DNA from: Tubiluchus corallicola
Taxonomy: Eukaryota; Animalia; Priapulida
Length of the DNA: 64,000 nt
Direction of reading: 5' to 3'
NCBI GenBank assembly: GCA_030141605.1
Contig: JAQGDQ010000882.1
Span: 1 to 64,000 of the forward strand
Each line of letters starts with the position of its first letter. The first letter of the stretch is position 1. The notes below the pieces were generated by a model. It had not been told where the DNA came from and ran no database searches. It worked only from the letters and a program-made list of their open reading frames with translations. Position numbers and translations under genes: made by a program. Shown here piece by piece: positions 29,601-42,033 of the stretch.

Positions 29601-32600
29601 ATGGCGAGCGTGATTTTGGTAAAAGTGGTCTGTCTTGCCGTATTTTCCGTCGGCTTTTCGTCATCTACAGAAATCACACCTGTAGCTATATGGGGATCAA
29701 ACAGGTAAACGTTTTCTAAGTATTTGTTATAGTGAAGATGCCTCTCAGAAGTTTGTAAATGAAAATGCGTCACAACGTTTTCCTTCAAGTTCAGAAATGA
29801 CTAATGTCAGTAATGGTAATGAGGTGTTCTGCTTCATAACCAATAAATTGGGACACATTTTTGTTTTTACCGCACATCGCTAATTTGGCGTGTTGCTTTG
29901 CTTACTTTAAAATTACCGTTTCCCTACTGTCCCGGTTTTTTCCTTTAAATTTAAAATTACGGTACCTATTGATATAACAAAATAATAACGAATAAATAAT
30001 TATTAACTTCGTTTTACCATAATTACAATCAAGTAAAATTAAACTAACAATTCTTTACTATACAATACATAAAGCAATTTTACAACTTTAATCAGACAAA
30101 GAATAATGAAGTATTCAATGGGTGATCATTTTTAGTCATAATTAATATTATGTGGCAAGTTGTTCAGCTCACAAGCCAAAGCTTGTACGAGAGACTCTGA
30201 CAATGAAACAGAGATCTGTTAGTACAAAAGGAGATGTGGATGAAGTTGCTAGTGACATTGACAAGAGTAGAGATATGACAATATGTAACACAGCAGTAAA
30301 CCTGATTTTGTTAAGTAAAATTAAAATAAATACAACGTCAAAAGAAGGATGACAAAAAGTAAATAGTTATGCAATTAGTCACCTCATAATTAGAATACAA
30401 GTAGGAGATTTGTGTTCTTGTAGTAAGGTCACGAAAAATTGTAATCAAAAATCATATTAACAATTCTTTCCTCATAACCAGGTCTATTTACAGGGTTCCC
30501 GCGGTCAGGGAAAATTCTTGAAAATGCTGGCTATCCTGGATAGTCAGGGAAAATATAATTTGGTAAAAAGTTAGGGAAAATGATGAAAATGGGGTGGAAG
30601 GTCGGGGAATTTTTCAGCGATTCTTGTCCAAATATAATTTTGATATTACAGGCTCCCAGTTGCAATTTCTGTTCAATAATAACGATTGGTGGACACATTA
30701 TGTAGCAATATACGTATGAATGTCCATACACAAAAATGTTTGAAAATGTCATGGAAATTTATTCTAAAGGGGAACCATGTATTTAGCAAAGTACAGTTGT
30801 CTTTAGAACCATATCTGATGTTGAATAAAATGAGAAAGCCGGTTTTTTGCACAAGCAACGACAGTCTTTCTATATCATTTTTCAACATGTATTTTTGGTA
30901 CAGGGTGTTCCAAAAGGACCACACACACACACATATATATATATATGTATATACTTAACACTCGACTGTAGTTCTTTGTGATTTTGTCAGCCTGCTTCAG
31001 CTGATTTCTACTACTATTTCTTTAGGAACACCCTGTATAAAGGTTATTTTGGAGGTGACACACAGACGCGCACGCATGCACGCACACACATACACACACA
31101 CACACACACACACATATATACTTAACACTCGACTGTAGTTCTTTGTGATTTTGTCAGCCTGCTTCAGCTGATTTCTACTACTATTTCTTTAGGAACACCC
31201 TTTATGAAGGTTATTTTGGAGGTGAGTGTGTTAGATTATATCACTTGTCATTGAGATCCTTGCAAAACCAGAGAGCGGACAAAAATACTTTGCTTTTTTA
31301 TTTTTAATGATTTATTCTTTTCTGGTTTTGCAGGGATCTCGATTGACGAAGTGTACCCGTGCGCCAGTGTGTTAACACACTTCGCTCACTTTCTGTATTT
31401 TGACGACGCTCCGTATCTCTAAAAGTTGTGATACGTCATCATTTACTCTGATACTTCTTCATTAGGATCTCTAAGTTGTGGAAGTCTCGTGTCTGTGAAG
31501 TCTAGGACGTTTAGCTATCACCTTTTCAACTTGTTGCTACATTGAATGTGAGTTTATGCTCCGTATCTCTAAAAGTTGTGATACGTCATCTTTTACTCTG
31601 ATACTTCTTCATTAGGATCTCCAAGTTGTGGAAGTCTCGTGTCTGTGAAGTCTAGGACATTTAGCTATCACCTTTTCAACTTGTTGCTACATTGAATGTA
31701 AACTCTCAAAAGTTAGTTACCGCTGTTTCAGTTTGGTGACTCAGTGCCTGACAATTTAAATCACGTCCCTCACGCGAGGTTCAGATCTTCTTGCGTAAGC
31801 AAGCATAGAGTTCATATTAGGTTTCTCCTCAAGCTATAGACGTGTTGAATGTGTACTAACCATCTTCCCGAACATCGTTTCAGTTTGGTGAGTTAGAGCC
31901 TGTCAATTTAAATCACGTCTGTCACGCGAGGTTCCGATCTTCCTGCGTAAGCAAGCACAGAGCTGATATTAGTTTTCTCGTCAAGCTATAGACGTGTTGA
32001 ACCTGTACTAACCAAACATTGTTTCATCGCTACGAATGATGGATGTAACGGCTTTGTTCAAGGCTTGCGTAAAGACTGTAAAAATGCGCAACAAAGCGCT
32101 TGGCATTGGCAATGATGTCGATAAAAGCATTCTGAATAGAAGCAGGAAATGTGAATTTTCTCAAACTGCCAAGGAAGTGGTAAAGGACGTCGGAGAACTT
32201 CGCGCATTTTTGCTCAAACACAGAAAGGATTATGTCAATGTGGGGCACTTGACGTCGGAAACCGGTCACATGACTGACGTTCAGAGAGACCAGATTGATT
32301 CCGCTGCTACCGAGTTTGTACGTAAATGTACGGCAAGGATTATGCAGTTAAAGAATCAAGTAGCGATGAAGGGCCTGTCCAAACAAGCGGTGGAGCATCG
32401 CCAGCGCGTTCTTGATCTCATCCAGGCGTACTTAAAACTGGTTTGTAAGATTTTTAGTGAACAGCGTGCAGTCAGGATAAGACGGAGCGAGGACCTCCGG
32501 CGTATTATGCGATTTGAACCGGGAAAGTCTCCAAGTCTGAAAGCTCAGGCGTCTTCGTCGGCCGGGAATTCGAAAGAAGGAACCCCTCCAGAGAGTTTGT

Positions 32601-35600
32601 CTAAAGTTTCAGACAGGCGTAAGGAAGATTTGGAGAAAACAGAACGGCCCTCGAAGGTGGCAAAAATGGCTTCAGGTATGGATGACGAAGAATCCGGGTT
32701 GTCTCCGGAAGAAATTGCTCAGTTTGAGCAGGAAAACACTTACCTGTATCGGGACATGAACAACATAGTGGAAGAGGTTCGGCAGATTGAAAGCTCGGTG
32801 GTGGAGATCACGCGGCTACAGGAAGTCTTCACGGAGAAAGTTCTGGAGCAGGAGAAGGACATTGACAGAATTTACGATGCCGTCGTAGGTACGACGGAGA
32901 ACGTAAAGGAGGGGAACGAACAGATTAGAGAGGCGATGAAAAACAATGCGGGATTTAGAGTTTGGATATTGTTCTTCCTGGTCGTGATGTCACTGTCGCT
33001 TCTTTTCTTAGACTGGTACAATGCCTAAATAAAAGTGAACCTGTCTACTTGGACACAACGTCGAATTTGTAAATATTAGTGATAGATTGTTTGATAATCG
33101 GAGTCAGTGATTGGTTGAATTAGTGACAGATTGTTTGATAATCGGAGTCAGTGGTTGGTTGAACTAGAAAAAGGTGATTTGGAATGACACTAACTGATGC
33201 CTGTTTTCTATTAATTGAATTACTAGTATTTAGCAATGGGCGATTAATAGATTAATCGAATTAATCACGATTACAACCATGTATAAATCAATTTATTCGA
33301 TGATTGAACAGTAATTCGATTAATCGACATTAACCGAGAGTAAAATATACGTCAATCAATCAATCAGTTTATTTCACTCCATCAATACATATACAATACA
33401 TCAACATACAATTCGGACCAGTGCAGCAAGCTCACTGACTCCGGCAGCTCCTGCAGCCAACCTGGTGCCAAACGTATCGCTCCGTTTTCCTTTGGACTAC
33501 ACCGGGGAGGAAGAGAGGGGATTCCTGTTGTCTGGGCAACTCAGGATCTCCATACACCTTGCCCAGGCGTGCACCCTGGAGACGTTCAAGGATCGCACTG
33601 CTCAGCCACAGTCGACGCTGCAGCTTCATCAATGTGATCAATAACTGACTCTCTTGGTGCACACTCCATTGTCTTCCGAGACAGAAGGATGCCAACCAAT
33701 AATGTGATTTAAAAAAAGAAACAGTGTAGGTAAAAAGCGTTGATGAAGTCAAATCAACCAAACTGCTGTAAGTGTCACTGACAAAAAGGCAGTATGTTAG
33801 CACAAATAAATGGAATTTTTTCATTTTTTCTTAATTTTTCTCATCTTCCACAATGCACACAATCATGAACCACAGTGTTGCAAACTGTGGGCTTCAAATT
33901 CAATGACACGCGATGCTTGTAGTGACATAGTCATTGAGTAGTTAACAAAAGATCATGTATTATGCGCCTATAAAATAGTTTCCGAGTACAGAAATGGCAG
34001 GCAACGGTGAAGCTGTGAAGACATTATAGGTTATATTTCACTGCTGTCATAGAAAAATATGGCTAAAACATGGAGAATTAATGTCAATTGGAAATTTCAT
34101 TTATGACTGTATGCATAGATTTGTGAATTAAATAGTATAACTTTGTTAGCGGACGTATAACCGCATGACTATGATTATCGTATAGGTAAAATATTTGTTT
34201 ATGAAATGTCGTACAAATGCTTAGTAAATAGTTGTTTTCTCTTCATAGAGTTTACAACTAAATTTGTATATTTGTATATATATATCTTGTGCAGCTATGT
34301 TGAGTCAAATTGTTAGTATGATCTATAAATCATTACCCGAGCTCTGCCCGCTGATAAAACCATCGGGTATGCGTCGAGTTTGTAATTCTCATGTTGAAAA
34401 TTTGATTTTCAGAAATAAAATATCTATCTATCTAATTATTGAATTACAAGAACAGGATTATAATCAAATTGCAAATTTCTTAATCACTCATCAATACTAG
34501 TATTACCATCACATATATTTGATACTAGTCATTTAAAAGTGACAGTCTTAACTGGCAGGCGTGTCTTCATGAGTTACTTCATGAAACGTGCAACATTGCC
34601 ATCTGGATCGGCTCTGTGGTGCTGATGATTCTGGAGGTTAGACGTCTATCGAAAAAATTGAATTTGATGCCAAATACCTTTAAAGAGAAGGAGAGAGCCT
34701 GCTCTGATCGTGCACTGTTAACACTAATTTATGTCTAATTTATTGCAGTCAGAAAGGTTGCATTACGCTTAAACCTTAGTGGGTATTGATTGACTTACTC
34801 TTACCTGTGATTTTGCATTAATTGTGCTGTGAAAATAATCCAGTCAAAAATAGTCATTAGAGAAACATAACGAACGATTTGTATAAATTGTGGCCACACC
34901 AATAATACACTTTATTAACAAAATTCAAATTTAACTGTTACACTTTACATTTTAAATGAAGTTACAAATCATAAGAAAAATAATCACATAATTCACAGCA
35001 CTTTAAATGAATAATCTCATATATAGACCTATATAAAAAACAAGAAAAAGGGGACCACCTTTTGTGGTACCTGCTGATAGGTGGTCACCGATCAGCGGTG
35101 ACACTTCCTTTTTCTAGGCAAAGTTAACTATGCATGAATGAAGCATACGATCTAAATAATATTGTAAGGCCAGCAAAGAAGCCAGGCTTGGTTTAAAGCG
35201 GATTTTCCGACAACGTCGACTCGTGTAGCCTGTAGTTTGTTTCGACTGCCGATAATTATTCTGTTTAAATTCTGTGAATGTTGACCTTCGGGATTTACTG
35301 CATTCTTCTCTAAAATTGTAACCAATGAGTTTGGTTTCTGTAACCAGTTATATTATTTATACTCAATATCTGTGATCTATGTAGTGTAACTTAATGAATT
35401 TTTAGTAAGAAATGATGCTGGGGAAGTAATTGGTGCAGTGCTGTCTTTACTTCCGCATTTTGTACATTTGATTTTGTACCTGTATTTGTATGTGGTGATT
35501 TGGCAGATCAGTTAATAAATCGATAAAATCTTTCATTATCATATTATATCTCTTTGTTTGTGTACAATTCAGGTACTGACCGATGGCCTTCTTGCTCTGA

Positions 35601-38600
35601 CAGAGTTGGGTGTTTTAATTTAATTTTGATTTGAGTTCATATCCAGGGCGCTTCCGGATGAGCCGAAGTCCTGCTGTAGTATTTCCGGAGTCCTGCTGCA
35701 TTCATTTGTCCACATTTATAGAATTTTGTGCACCTAAATTCAAGCAAAAATAATTTTATAAACCGACAAGAAACCATGGTAACAGCTAAAATAACACAAA
35801 AATGATGCAATCAGAGAAATATTCAGTTTCATAATTTCAAGTTTTGGTTGCTAATCTCCTGCCCTGCTGCTTAATCGGATGCGGTCAGGTGAATAAACTG
35901 TCATCAGCTGACCACTCCTGAGATATTTAGATGTTTATTTATTAGTGTCAAAAATACATACAAGACATACATACAATTTCAATTTTGAAATATACAAAAA
36001 AAACAGGACATATATATATATATATGGTTACCGTATTGTCTGAGTTGAAAAAGAGGACTTTTTTAGGCCAAAATGACCAGTCTAGGTCATCCACTTCAAC
36101 AAATTCGCAGTATTCTTTCACATGTTCGGTTTGAATATGCTGAGTATCGACAGCGGTGTGAGTCGTGTGACCCATAGTGATGTGCGCATCGCTTACTTTT
36201 GTTCAGTAAATATGTACACAAAGCTTTTACAAGGGTTGCATTTTGAGATGTTAGCAACATCTTGTATTGAAAATTAATGAGCTTTTCTTTGTCTCATATT
36301 ATCGTACGCCTCCGCAGTTGGCAACATCCATACATACTTACGGATTGAGGCAAAACCCTGACAAACTGCCGATGTTTTGAAAACCCGCCAGGACAGAGCC
36401 GTAAAAAGAGGATGTGTTCGGGGAAACCTGGACGTATGGTAACCCTACATATATACAATTTCAATTATGAAATATAATGACACGATAATTATACAAACAA
36501 AACAATTACTAATAAAACAAATATTGTTAAATCTTCCTGTTAGCTATATTAGTTATTTGATGAAAAGTTTAATGATCAGTATTGAAAATAAATTGTCATT
36601 CATTTAGCCTCATTTTCAATGATATGATCATTACATAGTATATTGTTCATCATGTGTTAAAAACGCTTTTTCAACATAATCAATAAATACCTTAATTACT
36701 TCTAAATCATTACTTCCCATGAAGAAAAAAAATTATCAACATCGTTCACAAGGAAAAATTCTGGAGTGATTACATTGATGTGATTATACGTATAATTTTT
36801 CTATAAGATCATTGAGTATGGGCAGGCTGCATAAGATTATGGATATCCATAAAATAAGACCAAAAATCCATAAAATAAAATTTCAGAAATCCATAAAATT
36901 AGAAATGCATAAAATAAAAAAATATTTTTTTTGTGATTTTTTGTACAAAATAAGGCAATCAAAACTGAATACAGGCATTGGATCGGAAACTTCAGCCTAG
37001 AGGGCATTCTACATTCGTACCAAACGGATGAATTATTTAAACTGAAGTGATGAATTACAAGGCATTGTCTCGTAAAATTTGATTAAATTTGAAGTGATAT
37101 GAAACCGATAAAATTAAAACTAAGTCCTGCATGTTTAAAAACACGTTTCAAGCCTCCTGTTTTTACTTTTTAATTGATTTCCCCCTGGGCATCTCGTTCC
37201 AGATATAGTCTATTTCTTATTTTATTGATATCCATAAAATAAAATTTTAAAAATCCATAAAATAAGTTATTTTATTTATTTTATACATATCCATAATCTT
37301 ATGCACCCTGAGTATGGGTATTTTATAACAACGAGTAATTCGTCTAAGTTTACTCACATTATCACGATACGGGTGCACTTTGGCAATATGCATTTCATGA
37401 TACAAGATATCACGATGCATTGATGCGCTGATGTATCGATACAATTCCACGACTAATATTGCCACATTCTAGTCACATATGATTCTCATTGTTTTAGCAA
37501 AGCGGCACCAAAATTGTGCACTGATTAGCCAATTCATGCGCGTAAAATCAATAATGCTCAAAAGTTCAGATCATTTTTTAAAACTTATTTTTATAAATAA
37601 GCCTTTTTAATTAATTAGAAATTTATATGGACTTACGGATTTAATTATGGCTGATTTCTAGTGATTTTTATATACATAAATGATGATTGTAGTTTTATCC
37701 ATAATAGCTTATTGTGTATGTACTGTTTATGTGTAAATATGTTATGTATGTAAAATGTATGTACTGTTTATGTGTAAATATGTTATGTATGTAAAATGTA
37801 TGTACTGTTTATGTGTAAACATGTTATGTATGTAAAATGTATGTACTGTTTATGTGTAAATATGTTATGTATGTAAAATGTATGTACTGTTTATGTGTAA
37901 ATATGTTATGTATGTAAAATGTATGTACTGTTTATGTGTAAACATGTTATGTATGTAAAATGTATGTACTGTTTATGTGTAAACATGTTATGTATGTAAA
38001 ATGTATGTACTGTTTATGTGTAAATATGTTATGTATGTAAAATGTATGTACTGTTTATGTGTAAATATGTTATGTATGTAAAATGTATGTACTGTTTATG
38101 TGTAAATATGTTATGTATGTAAAATGTATGTACTGTTTATGTGTAAATATGTTATGTATGTAAAATGTATGTACTGTTTATGTGTAAACATGTTATGTAT
38201 GTAAAATGTATGTACTGTTTATGTGTAAATATGTTATGTATGTAAAATGTATGTACTGTTTATGTGTAAATATGTTATGTATGTAAAATGCATTTGTCCA
38301 TTTTAATGTTAATCCATTTTAAATATTTACCAAATTATTATTATTGTTGCCGTTGTTGTTGCTGTTGTTGTGGTTGCTGCTGCTGTTGTTGTTGTTGTTG
38401 TTGTTGTTGTTGCCATTGTTGTTGCTGTTGTTGTTGTGGTTGCTGTTGCTGCTGCTGTTGTTGTTGCTCCTGTTGTTGCCGTTGTTGTTGCTGTTGTTGT
38501 TGTGGTTGCTGTTGCTGCTGCTGTTGTTGTTGTTGCTCCTGTTGTTGCTGTTGTTGTTGTGGTTGCTGTTGCTGTTTTTGTTGTTGTTGTTGCTGTTGCT

Positions 38601-41600
38601 GTTCCTGCTGCTGCTGTTGCTGTTGCTGCTGCTGCTAATCTACTATTGTTATACTGCAGTAATGCTCAGTGGCAATCTCCTGGTTTACTGATGTTTACTA
38701 TTATTATTATTGCAGTGTTGGTGAATTGAGTCCCAGAGCAGTCGGGGAGCTTGTCTCATTAGAGACATTTATGTCAAATTTCGTTGATAAAATTCTGGAC
38801 CAAAGAGATGGAGCCATTGTTTTCTTTGTACAGGATGTGGTAAGGATAATTATTACAAAATATCTTTAGATGCTCAACAAAATCTTTGCAATTACAAAGC
38901 CTGTGTTGTAGTGGAGCATTTGTTGATATGATATGTGCACTACAGTTAAACGACCAGAGTTGATAGTGTGTCTGGACTTTTAGTTTAAATAGGATTTTAT
39001 TTTGTGTTTTATTTTTGAAAATGTAGCTGCTTGAATAAGTGGTCAATACTGCTTGAATAAGTGGTCAGTACTGCTTGAATAAGTGGTCAATACTGCTTGA
39101 ATAAGTGGTCAGTACTGCTTGAATAAGTGGTCAATGTCAATACTGCTTGAATAAGTTGTCAATACTGCTTGAATAAGTGGTCAATACTGCTTGAATAAGT
39201 TGTCAATACTGCTTGAATAAGTGGTCAATGTCAATACTGCTTGAATAAGTTGTCAATACTGCTTGAATAAGTGGTCAATACTGCTTGAATAAGTGCTCAA
39301 TGTCAATACTGCTTGAATAAGTTGTCAATACTGCTTGAATAAGTGGTCAGTACTGCTTGAATAAGTGGTCAATACTGCTTGAATAAGTGGTCAATACTGC
39401 TTGAATAAGTGGTCAGTACTGCTTGAATAAGTGGTCAATATTGCTTGAATAAGTGGTCAATACTGCTTGAATAAGTGGTCAATACTGCTTGAATAAGTGG
39501 TCAATACTGCTTGAATAAGTGGTCATTACTGCTTGAATAAGGGTCAGTACTGCTTGAATAAGTGGTCAATACTGCTTGAATAAGTGGTCAATACTGCTTG
39601 AATAAGTGGTCAATACTGCTTGAATAAGTGGTCAGTACTGCTTGAATGAGTGGTCAAGGAGTGACTTATTTTTTCAGCTTAGCATCGAGGACATCACTAA
39701 ATACGGGGATGTGTACAACGTGAACGGCAACGGCGGTTCTTTCAAGAATCTAAAGGTACGGCATTTTTTTTGAAGGAATAACCAACCCTCGAATAACATT
39801 TATTGCATTTTAATATACAATTAACGCTATTGAAACCAGAACACAATACACGCGCATAGAATGCTCTGCTTAAAAATGTAAAAGAAATTTAAATATTTTT
39901 TATCTCCCGCCAAACGAACGTTGATGCCGACGTATTTAAAAAATGACGTAAGCTGGTGTCTGCTGGGCAGCGTGAATGCTGTGAAGGTAAGTTGTGATGA
40001 AGGTACGCGTTGAGAAATTTCTACAGTCCAGTCAGAAGTTCAGTTATTCTAGCGTTGTATTTAAATGTGCTTTTGTAAAAATTAGTCATTTGATCAATTA
40101 TGACCAAGATTAAGGTGGTTACGAAGCTTTAAACCACAGGATTGTATCACGTAAAATCTTTATGTAATCAACATAAAATGTGTAAATGTAATTAATTTAC
40201 AGATTTTTGTTGACTTTTAAAAACGCACATAATGCTGCCAGCACGTAGTAGGTGACGGGTTGGTTACTTAGCTTATAGAGTTCGCTCTATGAGTTTAAAA
40301 AGGGTCATGGCTTTTGCTTTAACTCGGAATTTGGTTGGTCCATCCGACTGGGTCTCTCCAGTTTGTCCTCTTCAAGCGTTAGTATTAAATTCAGTCTGAA
40401 TGACTTGTCACTGCCACCACCAATTACATGGATATGGTTATTAATCGTATTTTAATATACAATTAGAAATATTGAAATCACAATGCAAAATACGCGCATA
40501 GAATGGTTTGCTTACAAATGTAAAAGAAATTTAAATATTTCTTATCTTCCGCCAAACAAACTTTGATGGCGGCATATTTAAAAAACGATGTAAGCTGGTG
40601 TCTGCTGGGCAGCGTGAATGTTATGAAAGTACGCGTTGCAAAATTTCTACAGTTTGCTTAGAAGTTTCGTTATTCTAATGTTGTGTTTAACTGTGTTTAT
40701 CTAGAAATTAGTTATTTCATCAATTATGATCAAATTTAAACTGGTTACATTGCTTTAATCTTCAGGATTACACCTTAAAATGTGTAAGTAATTAATATTA
40801 ATTGTGTAAATAATTAATTTACAGATTTTTGTTGACTTTTAGATACACATGTAAACTTGCCAGCACGTAGTAGGTTCCGAGTGGATTACTTAGTTTATAG
40901 AGTTCGCTCTATAAGTTAAAAAAGATTCTGAAGCACTTGGCGGGATAAGTGTTTATATTGCAAGGAAACCAGATGACACCATTTTTCGTCCAAGCGTAAA
41001 GTTGACTTTAAGTTGATTTTACTAATTACACGAGATGCTTAATACAATTTTCCCAAATAATAAAATGAGGTCAGCTTCCCGAGAGACTTGGCTTTTGCTT
41101 TGATGGTCGTAAAAATTTGTTTAAACCGTTATTGAAAAATCGTCTTTTTTGTGCGATTCCAAATTAATTTTTTGAGCAACTTTATTTCATTCAGAAAAGC
41201 AAATTCCTTTTTTAGTAAAAATGTGTAAAAATAATTACGTCATATGCTATTTTTAGAAACATTTGGATGACGCCGGCACCGCCAGGTTCCTGTCGGCGGT
41301 CGTTGCTCCAGCACGGGCCGCGATACATCTTAAGGAAAAATTTTCAGGACGTGTGGAGGTGGTGAAGCCGGACGACGTTCGTGACGGGATCAAGCCAAAA
41401 GATGGCGTACTGTATTTAATCAAGCTGCCGGACACTAGCCCGAGCGATCGTGGAGCGTCTTTACGTGAAAATGGTTCGTTATCGCCTCGTTCATTTCTCT
41501 GTCAGTTTATATATCCTCTTGTATCTACATATGTAATTAGTAGTTTGCGTGGGATGTAAATTCAATTCAATTTCGTCTTTCTCATTTTGTTTGTGTTGTG

Positions 41601-41883
41601 TTTTGTTTTTCTCGGAAGGTTCGTAGAGAAAACCAGAAAACACTTCACCAGATTAAACTAGTTTATTAAGCGAGAATTCTACAACACAAAAGTATGAAGG
41701 AACGCGAAATGATTACACTAAACGTGAAAATCTGGAAAACGTTTAAGTGTATCTGAAAATACAAGTATACAAGAGAATGTGTAAGTGGCTCCCGTGTGAA
41801 TCTGCGTGTGTGCATCTCAGCGGCCTGCTTCGCCTTTCTCTCTCTCTCTCCCCTCTCCCTCTTTCTCTCTTTCTCTCTCTCCT

Positions 41884-41930
<47 letters not shown>

Positions 41931-41955
41931 TTCTCTCTTTCTCTCTCTCTCTCTT

Positions 41956-42033
<78 letters not shown>

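Noticed and set aside
38288-38729. Poly-Cys 'metallothionein-like', poly-Leu and poly-Val ORFs
   Set aside because: Artefacts of a (TTG/CTG)n microsatellite in ATP6AP1 intron 1.
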